IMG/VR virus record: IMGVR_UViG_3300026484_000053 | Location: 64,001 to 128,000 of that record | DNA: 64,000 bases | Direction: 5' to 3' (one strand) | DNA from: a virus | In this document: in pieces, positions 1 through 8,790 of the stretch | Position numbering within the stretch: position 1 is the first letter of the stretch | Layout of the letters: the number at the start of each line of letters is the position of its first letter | Notes under the pieces: model-generated | What the model was told of the DNA's origin: nothing | What the model saw: only the letters and a program-made list of their open reading frames with translations | Databases searched by the model: none | Translations under genes and position numbers: made by a program

Positions 1-465
1 GTCTTTTTGTACTCTAGTAAATTGAGTATATACAGATGTCATAGCTTTAGACGTGTCGTTTATACCCTTAATAAGAGAGCTAAATGATTCTATCATCTCT
101 GCTGCTGAACCTTCTTCAGATTCAAGCAGCAGGTCTTGCTCGTACTTATCTAATACATTACTTGCACTTTTAATACTTCTTCTAAGCAACCTTCTCATTA
201 ACTCAAAATCTTCCATCATAAGATCAGATTTAGCAATTGCTGTAATTACAGTATCATCTGATTCTACGTCTATAATTTCTGATTCTACATCGTGCGTGTC
301 GTGCGTGTCGTGCTTTTCTATACTATGTTTATCTAAAGTGTCTTGCTTAGCCTTTTCCATAGACTGTTGCATATTACCTGCTTCAATCTCGAATGTGCCA
401 AGTAGAGCTTTAAATTTGTCTATTTCTACCTTTGGTGTTTGTGTCGTGTGCGTCGTGTGTGGCAT
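1..465 (-). CDS. gp16: Probable terminase small subunit (T4 gp16-like), runs off the window end
   Basis: Not in the ORF track. Hand-translated open frame from ATG at 465 (AAGGA upstream) to base 1: MPHTTHTTQTPKVEIDKF...EDFELMRRLLRRSIKSASNVLDK...AEMIESFSSLIKGINDTSKAMTSVY, resembling the gp16 helical core (DYE.VR...EVFATLM). Same strand as gp17. Confidence 0.6.
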   Translation of the reverse strand, partial: MPHTTHTTQTPKVEIDKFKALLGTFEIEAGNMQQSMEKAKQDTLDKHSIEKHDTHDTHDVESEIIDVESDDTVITAIAKSDLMMEDFELMRRLLRRSIKSASNVLDKYEQDLLLESEEGSAAEMIESFSSLIKGINDTSKAMTSVYTQFTRVQKD

Positions 466-635
466 TATTTTATCTTTCCTTCTTTTTTAAGTTGTTTAGT
501 AAGTATTCCCATCTTTACTTCTCTTTCCCATACTAACATATTATCTACTTCAAAATCCGAGTAGTGTCCGAAATACTTAAAGTTATGGTATTCATTATAT
601 AGAGTTCCTAACGTAGTGCTGAAACTCAAGTCCAC
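465..635 (-). CDS. gp51: Baseplate hub assembly protein, gp51-like (56 aa)
   Basis: Not in the ORF track. The GTG start overlaps the gp26 end and the TAA overlaps the next ATG. Translation ...YHNFKYFGHYSDFEVDNMLVWEREVKMGILTKQLKKE matches the gp51-type 'HKYSL.E.ENM.PWER.IY..LL' pattern that follows gp26 in T4-like phages. Confidence 0.65.
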   Translation of the reverse strand: MDLSFSTTLGTLYNEYHNFKYFGHYSDFEVDNMLVWEREVKMGILTKQLKKEGKIK

Positions 636-1324
636 AAAAAATTGGGAATTGAACTAAATTCTATGTTATGTTCTTCTCCGCAAAATATGCACTTAAAATC
701 TCCACTTATATGAAGAGATCCTTTCTGCTCTTTAAACTGATCGTAAAGTTCATCAAATTCTTTGCTTGGAAGTGAATTAATAAACTCGTAACATTCATCA
801 AACGTAAACGTGTTGTTATATTCTCCATTAAAGTCTACACCTTTTACGCTAAGTATAAATTCTACATATGCTTTTTCTACTTTGGTTTTTGCTTCGTCTA
901 TACGTTTTGTGCTACGTGGCTTTTGCAGTTCTATTTCGCATTGTTGTGACGTTATTTTTTTCAAAGTACGAGCTTTAAACTTAACTACGTCTGATAATTT
1001 AACGTCAAATTCTAAGTATTGACCGCATTTAGGGTTTTTACATAGTCTTTCTATTTGGAACGTGTCGCCGATAGATATTTTACGTATCTCTATCATTAAC
1101 ATTTTCTTGTCTATATCATCAAGAACTATTTTTTTAGATTGTGGTTTAATACAAGGTTCTATAAGGCATTCGTACAGATCTTGTTCTGTTATCGTCTCAC
1201 CTTCTGGTAAAGACTCTTTTAATATAAGATAATCTTTCTCGTTCTTTGTAGTCCATGGTTTAAAATAAACTACTTGACTTGAAAGTTTTACCTTGTGGTT
1301 GTAAGATTGAGTTTGGTTGAACAT
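626..1324 (-). CDS. gp26: Baseplate hub subunit gp26
   Basis: FKPWTTKNEKDYL, IRKISIGD and CxxPxC / CxxCG Zn motifs typical of the gp26 family. Confidence 0.8.
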   Translation of the reverse strand: MFNQTQSYNHKVKLSSQVVYFKPWTTKNEKDYLILKESLPEGETITEQDLYECLIEPCIKPQSKKIVLDDIDKKMLMIEIRKISIGDTFQIERLCKNPKCGQYLEFDVKLSDVVKFKARTLKKITSQQCEIELQKPRSTKRIDEAKTKVEKAYVEFILSVKGVDFNGEYNNTFTFDECYEFINSLPSKEFDELYDQFKEQKGSLHISGDFKCIFCGEEHNIEFSSIPNFLWT

Positions 1325-1358
1325 TAAGTTCCTTTCTGTTAGGTTTATATAAACATAT

Positions 1359-1985
1359 TTATATGAAATAAGACACTGAACCTGTCGTAAATCCGTGTTT
1401 TATCACGTTTTCATTTGTACTGAGCGTGTTCATCATCGTAGTGTATTGCATCGTTTTTTTTTTCAAAAACGACTTTTTCCTACTTGCCATACCTCTGTAG
1501 TCGTATAAAAGTCCTAACATGATCCTTATTCTCGATGATTGAGTACTTTGATCTTCTAATTCTTTACCTGTAATACTTTTGTAAAGAGACTTAACGTCCA
1601 GCTTTAAAGAATTTACCCAATACGCTACGCTTATAGCCTGGTTGTTTAGTTCTTGTCTTTGTAACATATATGGTACAAATTCTTTTCTTAAATCTTCTGT
1701 ACTAAAAGATGATACATTTTTATAAGACATGATGAGCATTTGCCCTTTTTCATCATCTTCTGCTTCGTACTGTAGTAAGTGTAAAAGTTCATGTATAAGA
1801 CTGGCTTTAGAACTGTATGCTACGGTGTATGGTCTTTGCGCGTGTCCACCCTGTTCTATTTTAATAAGTTTTATCTTTTTAATTAGATGGTCTACATTAA
1901 AAGCTTCACAGAATGCGTTTAACTCAGAAAGTTCGAAGTCGTTAGTACTTATTTTTACGTATTCTCTGAAGTGCTTTATGCGCAT
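1359..1985 (-). CDS. Hypothetical protein with HExxH zinc-metallopeptidase motif
   Basis: LIHELLHLLQ motif. The start is ambiguous (2003 or 1985) because of an 18-bp tandem duplication. Confidence 0.5.
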   Translation of the reverse strand: MRIKHFREYVKISTNDFELSELNAFCEAFNVDHLIKKIKLIKIEQGGHAQRPYTVAYSSKASLIHELLHLLQYEAEDDEKGQMLIMSYKNVSSFSTEDLRKEFVPYMLQRQELNNQAISVAYWVNSLKLDVKSLYKSITGKELEDQSTQSSRIRIMLGLLYDYRGMASRKKSFLKKKTMQYTTMMNTLSTNENVIKHGFTTGSVSYFI

Positions 1986-2010
1986 TATGTGCTTTATGCG
2001 CATTATGTGC
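1971..2010. repeat. 18-bp tandem duplication (gtgctttatgcgcattat x2)
   Basis: Directly visible; it duplicates MRIKH at the ORF start. Confidence 0.9.
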
Positions 2011-2022
2011 CTTTATAGACGT

Positions 2023-2427
2023 TTATATTTTAACTATAATAGACGAGTGACTAAGTTCTACGTCTGTAACTCCAGCACTTTTAAGATCTTCGAATGCTTG
2101 TTCAGCAAACTTAGATTTAAAAAGTTCGATTTCTATTTGTTCTTTACCTGGATGTACTTTCTTTATCTTAAATCCTGCGTCTCTAAGATATTGTTCTACT
2201 TGCTTAGCATCTTTAGCGCTTTCTTCTATGTTGGGTTTACTCATTTTTTGAAGTAATTTCTGCGCTACTGTTTTACCACCAAGTGCTTTAACTATTTTCT
2301 TGAATTCTTTTTCTAACGCAGCGTCTTGAGCAATATACTCGTCAGCGTCTTTAGAACCTGTTCTACCTTTAGAGCCAACTGGGCTCTCGTTTAATGAGAA
2401 GTCTAGTACTAATTTTTCAAATGTCAT
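2023..2427 (-). CDS. Hypothetical protein, late-promoter driven
   Basis: 134-aa ORF with AAGGA RBS and TATAAATA 20 nt upstream. Confidence 0.65.
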   Translation of the reverse strand: MTFEKLVLDFSLNESPVGSKGRTGSKDADEYIAQDAALEKEFKKIVKALGGKTVAQKLLQKMSKPNIEESAKDAKQVEQYLRDAGFKIKKVHPGKEQIEIELFKSKFAEQAFEDLKSAGVTDVELSHSSIIVKI

Positions 2428-2446
2428 GTTTATTCCTTTTTATTTT

Positions 2447-2454
2447 TATTTATA
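2447..2454 (-). promoter_or_regulatory. T4-type late promoter
   Basis: TATAAATA on the minus strand just upstream of ORF 2427. Confidence 0.7.
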
Positions 2455-2465
2455 ACAACTTATAC

Positions 2466-2532
2466 TTAATGCTACGTTTAATACTGCGTTTAATGCTGCG
2501 TTTAATACTGCGTTTAATACTACGTTTAATAC
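2466..2532. repeat. 12-bp imperfect tandem repeat (ttaatRctRcgt x5.5)
   Basis: Directly visible, immediately after the terminase stop. Confidence 0.9.
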
Positions 2533-4748
2533 ACATCTTCCATATCTCTTCTCCAGCCTGCACTGTCGAAGGGTTCTTCTGAAGCATGTTCTATATCTGA
2601 ACTAAATCCCATGTTCATAATCTTACACATTTCTAATTCTTCTTGTTTTTGCTCTTGCGCTCTTTGCTCTAAAAGATCTATAAATCCCTTAAAGTCATCA
2701 AAGTTTTTTATATCAAGCATAGGTGCAAATAACAGTGCTGTAGCCATAACCATGTCATCTTTATAACCGTCTTCAGCACTGTAACTTCCGTTTTTCTTTT
2801 CTATAAAATTAAATAATTGCTCTATAGTAACATGATCTTTAAGAATAAGCATATCTTCTTCAATAAATTTCTTTAAAAGACTAAGTATCTGTCTTTTAGT
2901 TTTTGTAGTAGTTCTAAAACCTAATAAGTTAGCACTTGCTTTTTTCTTTTTCTTTTCACGGAATATCTCACCTTCGTACTCATAGTTGTAATTCAGTGTA
3001 TCAAGTACGCCTATACCAATGTTATTCTCTCCTACTATAAGGGCTTTATTATAATAATTACCAAGATCAAATAATCTACCTGGCATTACCATATAAGACT
3101 CTGATATGTTGGCTGCTGCTACTTCCTTAAAAGGTATTGACGTCACGTCAAATACATGGACCCCTGCATCATCTTGGCCATCAATTTTAGGATCGAATGT
3201 AAGAATATAATGCTTACCTGATTCAGGTTCTTCAAATATTCTTAGTCCTTTAAATATTTTATCTTGTATTATTTCTTCTTCTGGTAATGCATTAAGACAT
3301 TTTAAAGCTTCGGCTCCTATTAAAGTAGCTGAAGAACCGACGAAAGCATTTTTAAAATTCTGTGCGAAATGTATTTCTCCATTTTTAGCTACTTGCTCTT
3401 GTTGAAATTGTTCAGGAGATTTTTTCGAACCGTCTTTATTCCATCTTGGTACATCTTTCCAAGATGCTTCAGCTATTCTGTATCCGTTTACTCCTTCTCT
3501 TGCTCCCTTAACAATTTGATAGAAATGATTTAATCCATTAGCTGTACTACTAAATATAATTTGTGAATCTTTAAACGATGCCATAGCTGGAGTAACAGAA
3601 TCCAACATATCATGAAATAGATTAGCTTTAATAAAAGATGCCTCGTCTATATATGCATATCTAAGAGAGTAACCCCTGAATGCGTCGCTATTTGAAGCAC
3701 TAATAAGTATTCTATTGTTATTAGTAAGTTCTATGGATTGCTTATTCCAAGATTTAACCCCAGGTTGCATCCAGATTGGTAAGTTCATGTAAATATCTCG
3801 TATTTTAGTTAATACTTCTTGAGCTAGCGATACTTTATTTGCTGCTACACCTATATTAATATCTTCTTTTATAAGAGCAATCCATAGCAAATAACAAGCG
3901 ATAGTAACTGTTTTACCGCTGTTATGACTAAGTATTCCATCACTATAAAACAACTCGTCTAAAGAGTCTAAAGATATATCATACATGTTTTCAAATACAC
4001 CTGTATGTTCTACACTTATTACTTTTGAATACCCTTCAGTAGTGATTAACTCCTGATTTAAAGAATTTTCTAAATGAACTTCTTCGTTACTAGAGTTAAT
4101 CACTACATGTTTAGGAGATCCAGATAAAGTCATACCATTTTCTAAAGTTATGTTTAGTACTTCGTATTTATGCGTTACGTAAACGTAATTTATATTAGAA
4201 CTTTCAGATGTACTTAAATCTTTATTAGTGCTTATGTTTTTACAGTTTAAAGTCCTAGAACTTATAAACGTGTCGTGATTTTCGATTTTAAATTCATTAG
4301 TTGCACTGTCGTATAATTCTTTAATAGTTATTTCTTCGTTGTTAACTTTTAACTTTGTATTTCCTGCAACGCACTGTCTAGGAAAAAATACTACAATGTC
4401 TTCTCCAGTAACTAACTGCTCTTCTAGATTTAGTTGATATTCTCTAGGTTCTGGTCTTGTTATTCCTTCTTTAGTAAGAATTCTGCAATAATTCCTTCTG
4501 AAATAGAAATAATCTTCATAAGCTGATTTAATTTCTATTTGCTGCATTTCAGACATAGGTATTTTAACATCTGCGCCTCTTAATCCATTTATTCCTGAAA
4601 AACTTATCTTCTGGCCAAACGCGTCTAAATAAAAACCGTTTTCATCTTTTTGCGTATCAATTGCTTCTAATAATTGATCTTTTGTTTTGTTGTCTAGTTC
4701 ATTACCGTTATTATCTTTAGCTAGAACGTCATATAATCCTTTTGACAT
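2526..4748 (-). CDS. gp17: Terminase large subunit gp17, intein-containing
   Basis: PREYQ (Q motif), RQ/SGKT Walker A split by the intein, YIDEASF Walker B, FSSTANG, nuclease DPKIDGQD and DDMVMA motifs. Confidence 0.97.
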   Translation of the reverse strand: MSKGLYDVLAKDNNGNELDNKTKDQLLEAIDTQKDENGFYLDAFGQKISFSGINGLRGADVKIPMSEMQQIEIKSAYEDYFYFRRNYCRILTKEGITRPEPREYQLNLEEQLVTGEDIVVFFPRQCVAGNTKLKVNNEEITIKELYDSATNEFKIENHDTFISSRTLNCKNISTNKDLSTSESSNINYVYVTHKYEVLNITLENGMTLSGSPKHVVINSSNEEVHLENSLNQELITTEGYSKVISVEHTGVFENMYDISLDSLDELFYSDGILSHNSGKTVTIACYLLWIALIKEDINIGVAANKVSLAQEVLTKIRDIYMNLPIWMQPGVKSWNKQSIELTNNNRILISASNSDAFRGYSLRYAYIDEASFIKANLFHDMLDSVTPAMASFKDSQIIFSSTANGLNHFYQIVKGAREGVNGYRIAEASWKDVPRWNKDGSKKSPEQFQQEQVAKNGEIHFAQNFKNAFVGSSATLIGAEALKCLNALPEEEIIQDKIFKGLRIFEEPESGKHYILTFDPKIDGQDDAGVHVFDVTSIPFKEVAAANISESYMVMPGRLFDLGNYYNKALIVGENNIGIGVLDTLNYNYEYEGEIFREKKKKKASANLLGFRTTTKTKRQILSLLKKFIEEDMLILKDHVTIEQLFNFIEKKNGSYSAEDGYKDDMVMATALLFAPMLDIKNFDDFKGFIDLLEQRAQEQKQEELEMCKIMNMGFSSDIEHASEEPFDSAGWRRDMEDVY
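3921..4373 (-). mobile_element. Mini-intein (151 aa, residues C126-N276) without homing endonuclease
   Basis: Begins CVAGNT, has block B-like SGSPKH and block F MYDISL, ends SHN followed by Ser(+1). Removing it restores FPRQ-SGKT. Confidence 0.93.
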
Positions 4749-4861
4749 TACTTTCCTTTCAATTAAAGTATATCTATTTATTATGCAATGCTAACATTTA
4801 TGTAATGCTAGTATTTAATATTCTTTTAACGTTAATATGTTATTAAGACACTCTGTATTCT

Positions 4862-5305
4862 CTAAATAAGCTCAAAATGCGGTAAGTCATGGAAAGTTTG
4901 ATCTGCATATGTTTGATCTCCATCCCAATCTAATCCAAATCTTATTTTGTGGGTTATTTTACCTTCAGAGTATAGTCTTTGCGCTATACTAGATACTTTA
5001 CCCATCATAAAATAAAATCTTCTGCTATCGAGTTCAGTACCAGAAAAGGCATTAGTGCCTTTAACATATGGCATAATATCAACAGCCATAGACACTCCGT
5101 TTATACCTTGGTGTTTAGATCTTTGCGTAACGCCGTCTAATTTGCTGCGTCCTTCTTCGAATAGTTCTATTTGTTCTTTTATAGTTCTTATTCCGCAAAT
5201 AACTGAGAAATCGTAATATTTAATAAGTTCTTCAAGTATTAACTGAATATCTTTATGACATGTGTCTAACTTACTTTTTGAAGATTCTGAAAATGAATAA
5301 GCCAT
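4862..5305 (-). CDS. Endolysin, peptidase M15 family (L-Ala-D-Glu peptidase type)
   Basis: True start is MAYSFSESSK at 5305. Motifs CGIRT..EQ, SKH, AVDI and DLPHFEL (Zn ligands H, D, H). The longer track ORF extends into upstream repeats. Confidence 0.9.
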   Translation of the reverse strand: MAYSFSESSKSKLDTCHKDIQLILEELIKYYDFSVICGIRTIKEQIELFEEGRSKLDGVTQRSKHQGINGVSMAVDIMPYVKGTNAFSGTELDSRRFYFMMGKVSSIAQRLYSEGKITHKIRFGLDWDGDQTYADQTFHDLPHFELI

Positions 5306-5309
5306 ACTA

Positions 5310-5798
5310 TTACTCTTTAGGCTCTGAAGAGTCTTCGACGTCTTTTGTTTTGTCTGTAACGTCAGTAACGTCAGTAACGTCTTGACCATTATTATTAGAT
5401 TTTGCATCACTTTTTGCATCACTTTTTGCATCACTTTTTGCATTGTCTTTTTTACCTTTCGCTTTCATATCTTTCTGCTTTTGGTTGTCTTTAGCTATTC
5501 CTTCGTCGTCTAGTTCTGGCTCAGGATCTGCTTCTGCGTCTATTTCTTCTGCTGAAGCTTCGTATTCTACAGCTGTTGCAGCGTTAGACACGAAATCTTG
5601 TATATTCATAGTAAGTTCGTCTAAAGAAGATTGAAAATTTATCACCTCTTTTCTCAAAGGATTCTCTTCTCTCATAATTGCCACTACTGGCAAGAAACTT
5701 ACAGCTACAAGATTAGCCTGTATTTCTCTTAACTGTGATAATGCCTCGAATCTCATATCTTCATTTAATGGTCTGAAGTGTTCGTTTAATAATTTCAT
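5310..5798 (-). CDS. Hypothetical acidic protein with AKSD/VTD repeats
   Basis: 162-aa ORF with AAGG RBS and a late promoter at 5834-5841; contains 9-bp and 12-bp tandem repeats at 5356-5381 and 5400-5444. Confidence 0.6.
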   Translation of the reverse strand: MKLLNEHFRPLNEDMRFEALSQLREIQANLVAVSFLPVVAIMREENPLRKEVINFQSSLDELTMNIQDFVSNAATAVEYEASAEEIDAEADPEPELDDEGIAKDNQKQKDMKAKGKKDNAKSDAKSDAKSDAKSNNNGQDVTDVTDVTDKTKDVEDSSEPKE

Positions 5799-5827
5799 TT
5801 GGTTGCCTTTTGCTGCATAACGCAGTT

Positions 5828-5841
5828 TATAAATATTTATA
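5828..5841. promoter_or_regulatory. Overlapping divergent late promoters
   Basis: TATAAATA on + (5828-5835) and on - (5834-5841) between divergent genes. Confidence 0.7.
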
Positions 5842-5886
5842 CAGCTTGATACGAATTTATGCGTGCAGGTTTGCTAAAGGAATATT

Positions 5887-6402
5887 ATGAAACAACTAAG
5901 AATTTTAAAATCATCTGAAATACCGATTATAAGAGAAGAGCTACTAAAAGAGCAGCATATGAAATGTAAGATATGTAATAAAGATTGGTCTGCAGATGCT
6001 GGATTTAGTCTAGATCATCAGCACGGTAACAAATCTGAAAAATTTGGAGAAGACGGATACGCATTAGTAAGAGGAATACTTTGCAGAGCATGTAATGTGG
6101 AAGAAGGTAAAATATGGAATTCTATGAAAAGATTTGGATTTGGTACGTCAGTTGACTCCAGGATTGAATGGTTAGAGTCATTAATATGTTATTATAAGTC
6201 AGACAAACCAAAGATAAGTGGCGAATTACTTATACACCCAAATGAAGTTCCTAAAGAACCTATAATAGGTAAAAGAGAATTTAATAAGCTTAATAAATAT
6301 TTTAAAATAAAGTATCCTAATAGAAAAGAGCTGCAATACCCAAAAAGTAAGAAGTGGAATAATATACTTAAAGAACTAAAAATAGAAATGGAGCAAAAAT
6401 GA
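5887..6402 (+). CDS. gp49: Recombination endonuclease VII (Holliday junction resolvase)
   Basis: CKIC...LDHQH...VRGILCRACN.EEG motif of the Endo VII family. Confidence 0.85.
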   Translation: MKQLRILKSSEIPIIREELLKEQHMKCKICNKDWSADAGFSLDHQHGNKSEKFGEDGYALVRGILCRACNVEEGKIWNSMKRFGFGTSVDSRIEWLESLICYYKSDKPKISGELLIHPNEVPKEPIIGKREFNKLNKYFKIKYPNRKELQYPKSKKWNNILKELKIEMEQK

Positions 6403-7910
6403 TAGAAAAAGAACAAACATTATGGGAGTCTTTAAAGGCTAGATTTATGAAAGATCCTGAACTACCAGATTACGAATCAGAACCAGAAGAGGACGATATT
6501 GATATAGTTTTAAATTCTATAGTTCCTACAGGATTTAAAGATGACGGTCTTCATGGTCAAGGATTTGGTTTAGAATCTAAGAAAGAATTAGCTGTAAGGA
6601 AACAAGCCCAAGTAATTAGAGCTTATAGGAATCTTCTTAATATAGCAGAAGTAAATGACGCTTTAAAGGAAATAGTTAATGAAGCCGTTTTTAATCCTCA
6701 AGGTAAAGATCATATTAAAATAGATTTTGACAGCGAAATTATAGATAGTCTTAAAGATATTATACAAGACGAACTTGATAATATAGATGCTATGATGAAT
6801 CTTAAGAAAAACATGTACAGCGTATTTAAAAAATATTACGTAGACGGACAGCTTAATTTCCACTTATCGTACGCTAAAGGTGCTAAAGGTGCAAAAGGTG
6901 CGAGTGGAATTAAAGATATTAAAATAATTAGTCCTATTAATTTTATTTACAACAAGACTAAAAAACAATTTGAATATGTTAAAGAGTCTGATGGGAGTAC
7001 AGTTGAAAATACAGCTGGGTTTGATATAGAAGAAATAGTTAGAATAGATAGTGGCGAATACTCTAACGACATTATACTTGGAAATTTACATCCTGCTATT
7101 AAACCTGCAAGTATGCTTACTACACTTGAAAATATGCTTGTTCCTACTAGATATAACAGAAGTAAATCTAGAAGATTATTTAACGTAGACGTGGGTGGAC
7201 TTAATCCTGCTAAAGCGCAAGAAGCAATGAATAAGATAGAAAGAGAGTTTAAAACAAGTAAGTATTACGACGTTAAGAAAGGAACTATTAGTACTGAAAC
7301 TAATATGAGTTCTTTAACTGAAGATTATTGGTTACCTAATAGAGATGGTGGAAAAGGTACTACTGTTGAAATGATGGATGAGTCTTTTAGTGAAGACAAC
7401 CTTAATGACTTACAGTACGTTAAAAGAAAACTATATCTTAGTATGAATGTACCTATAGGTAGATTAGCTGGTATAGATTCTGCTGGTGAAGCAGAATTTA
7501 GTACAAGCGATGATACTATATCTAGAGAAGAACTTGCTTTCTTCAGCCATATTAGCAGATCAAGAATACAATTCCTAGACGGTTTTTACGAAATAATTAA
7601 GAGACAACTTATTAGTAAAGGAAAATGCACTGAAGAAGAATGGGTTAAGATAAGAAAGCAGTTCACGCTTAAATTCACTAATGAAAATACTTTCTTTGAA
7701 AAGATGGAAAGAGACAAATTAAGTGAGAATTTAGGTATTATAGACGACTTAGATGAAAAACTTGGTAAATTCTTTAGTTATGAAATGGTATTTAAAGACG
7801 TTCTGAAAATGGATGAAGAACAAATAAAAGAATTATCTGAACAAATTGCTAAAGAGAAAAAGGATCCTTTATATGCAGCGTTTTATAACTCATCTGAAGA
7901 AGAATGGTAG
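6399..7910 (+). CDS. gp20: Portal protein gp20
   Basis: EVNDALKEIVNEA, YYVDG, RRLFNVDVGGL...KAQE, EDYWLPNRDGGKGTTVE, LYLSMNVPIGRL, ISREELAF motifs. Confidence 0.96.
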   Translation: MIEKEQTLWESLKARFMKDPELPDYESEPEEDDIDIVLNSIVPTGFKDDGLHGQGFGLESKKELAVRKQAQVIRAYRNLLNIAEVNDALKEIVNEAVFNPQGKDHIKIDFDSEIIDSLKDIIQDELDNIDAMMNLKKNMYSVFKKYYVDGQLNFHLSYAKGAKGAKGASGIKDIKIISPINFIYNKTKKQFEYVKESDGSTVENTAGFDIEEIVRIDSGEYSNDIILGNLHPAIKPASMLTTLENMLVPTRYNRSKSRRLFNVDVGGLNPAKAQEAMNKIEREFKTSKYYDVKKGTISTETNMSSLTEDYWLPNRDGGKGTTVEMMDESFSEDNLNDLQYVKRKLYLSMNVPIGRLAGIDSAGEAEFSTSDDTISREELAFFSHISRSRIQFLDGFYEIIKRQLISKGKCTEEEWVKIRKQFTLKFTNENTFFEKMERDKLSENLGIIDDLDEKLGKFFSYEMVFKDVLKMDEEQIKELSEQIAKEKKDPLYAAFYNSSEEEW

Positions 7911-7916
7911 AAAATT

Positions 7917-8639
7917 ATGAACTTCAATCAAGGTAACACTAATAATAACGAGTATATGTTATTTAGATCCCAAACTGAGGAGCTAATAAACTTATATGGT
8001 GTACCAGTTACGTATATAAACGTAGTTAAGGAGAATCAAGATAAAGTATTTGGAGAGCATTCTCATATCAAAACTACTGACACTCACGAGTTATATATGC
8101 TTCCTGAAGATCCGCAAGGTTGGGAAGGCGACGGTGGACTTTTTAGTTCATTCGGATTAGAAAACTTAGATAGCGTCACGTTGTTTGTTTCAAGAAATGA
8201 TATGGAGAAAATCCATCCAGCTTTGACTGATAACGAATCGGGTGAATTACAGGTTAATGATATACCTAATGGTAGCTTATGCGTGTTTGAAAGTGACAGA
8301 ATTATGGAAGTGACTTCTTTCAAACTGCATGCAGAAGGTGCGAATAACATATATACTTCTAAATTAGGTAAAAACGTTTATAAACTTGTTATGACTACTT
8401 ATATGCCAAATGGAGATAACGTGTCTTCAGTTGATGATGTACAGGAGGACTATGAAAGTTTTGGAGATCTTGATAAAATATTCGGTAAAATAGCTGAAGA
8501 CAAAGTTGAGCAAGAGCATATTGCAGAAGAGAGAATTATGGAAGATGAAGTGGTTTATCCTGCTCCTGTTAGGAAAAAACCAATAAGAGCTAAAGTAAAT
8601 GAAATAAGTACATTAGGTGTATTTGGAGATTTAGACTAG
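7917..8639 (+). CDS. gp14: Neck protein gp14
   Basis: EELINLYGVPVTYI...FGE and GWEGDGGLFSSFGL..LDSVTLFVSR match the gp14 family. Confidence 0.85.
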   Translation: MNFNQGNTNNNEYMLFRSQTEELINLYGVPVTYINVVKENQDKVFGEHSHIKTTDTHELYMLPEDPQGWEGDGGLFSSFGLENLDSVTLFVSRNDMEKIHPALTDNESGELQVNDIPNGSLCVFESDRIMEVTSFKLHAEGANNIYTSKLGKNVYKLVMTTYMPNGDNVSSVDDVQEDYESFGDLDKIFGKIAEDKVEQEHIAEERIMEDEVVYPAPVRKKPIRAKVNEISTLGVFGDLD

Positions 8640-8652
8640 TTTAGACATATAA

Positions 8653-8661
8653 TGTTATAAT
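8653..8661 (+). promoter_or_regulatory. Extended -10 sigma70-type promoter (TGTTATAAT)
   Basis: TGnTATAAT upstream of ORF 8885. Confidence 0.5.
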
Positions 8662-8742
8662 AGCATAGATTTAAAATATAACCTTACGCTTCTACGCTTC
8701 TACGCGCTATATTTTAGTCACATTTTGGCCGCTTTTAGTTAG

Positions 8743-8750
8743 TATAAATA
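8743..8750 (+). promoter_or_regulatory. T4-type late promoter
   Basis: TATAAATA upstream of the structured element and ORF 8885. Confidence 0.6.
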
Positions 8751-8790
8751 ACATTATAACTGACGTACTTTAAAGTATTAACAAACATTA

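Noticed and set aside
53-490. 145-aa plus-strand ORF and similar antisense ORFs (810, 1729, 5443, 6192, 11257, 21161, 27005, 30168, 32039, 36090, 48951, 63298 and others)
   Set aside because: Ser/Leu/Phe-rich shadows of real genes on the opposite strand, with no RBS or motifs.
5306-5443. N-terminal extension MQKVMQKV... of the endolysin ORF
   Set aside because: An alternative-frame reading of the repeats in the upstream gene; the M15 domain starts at 5305.
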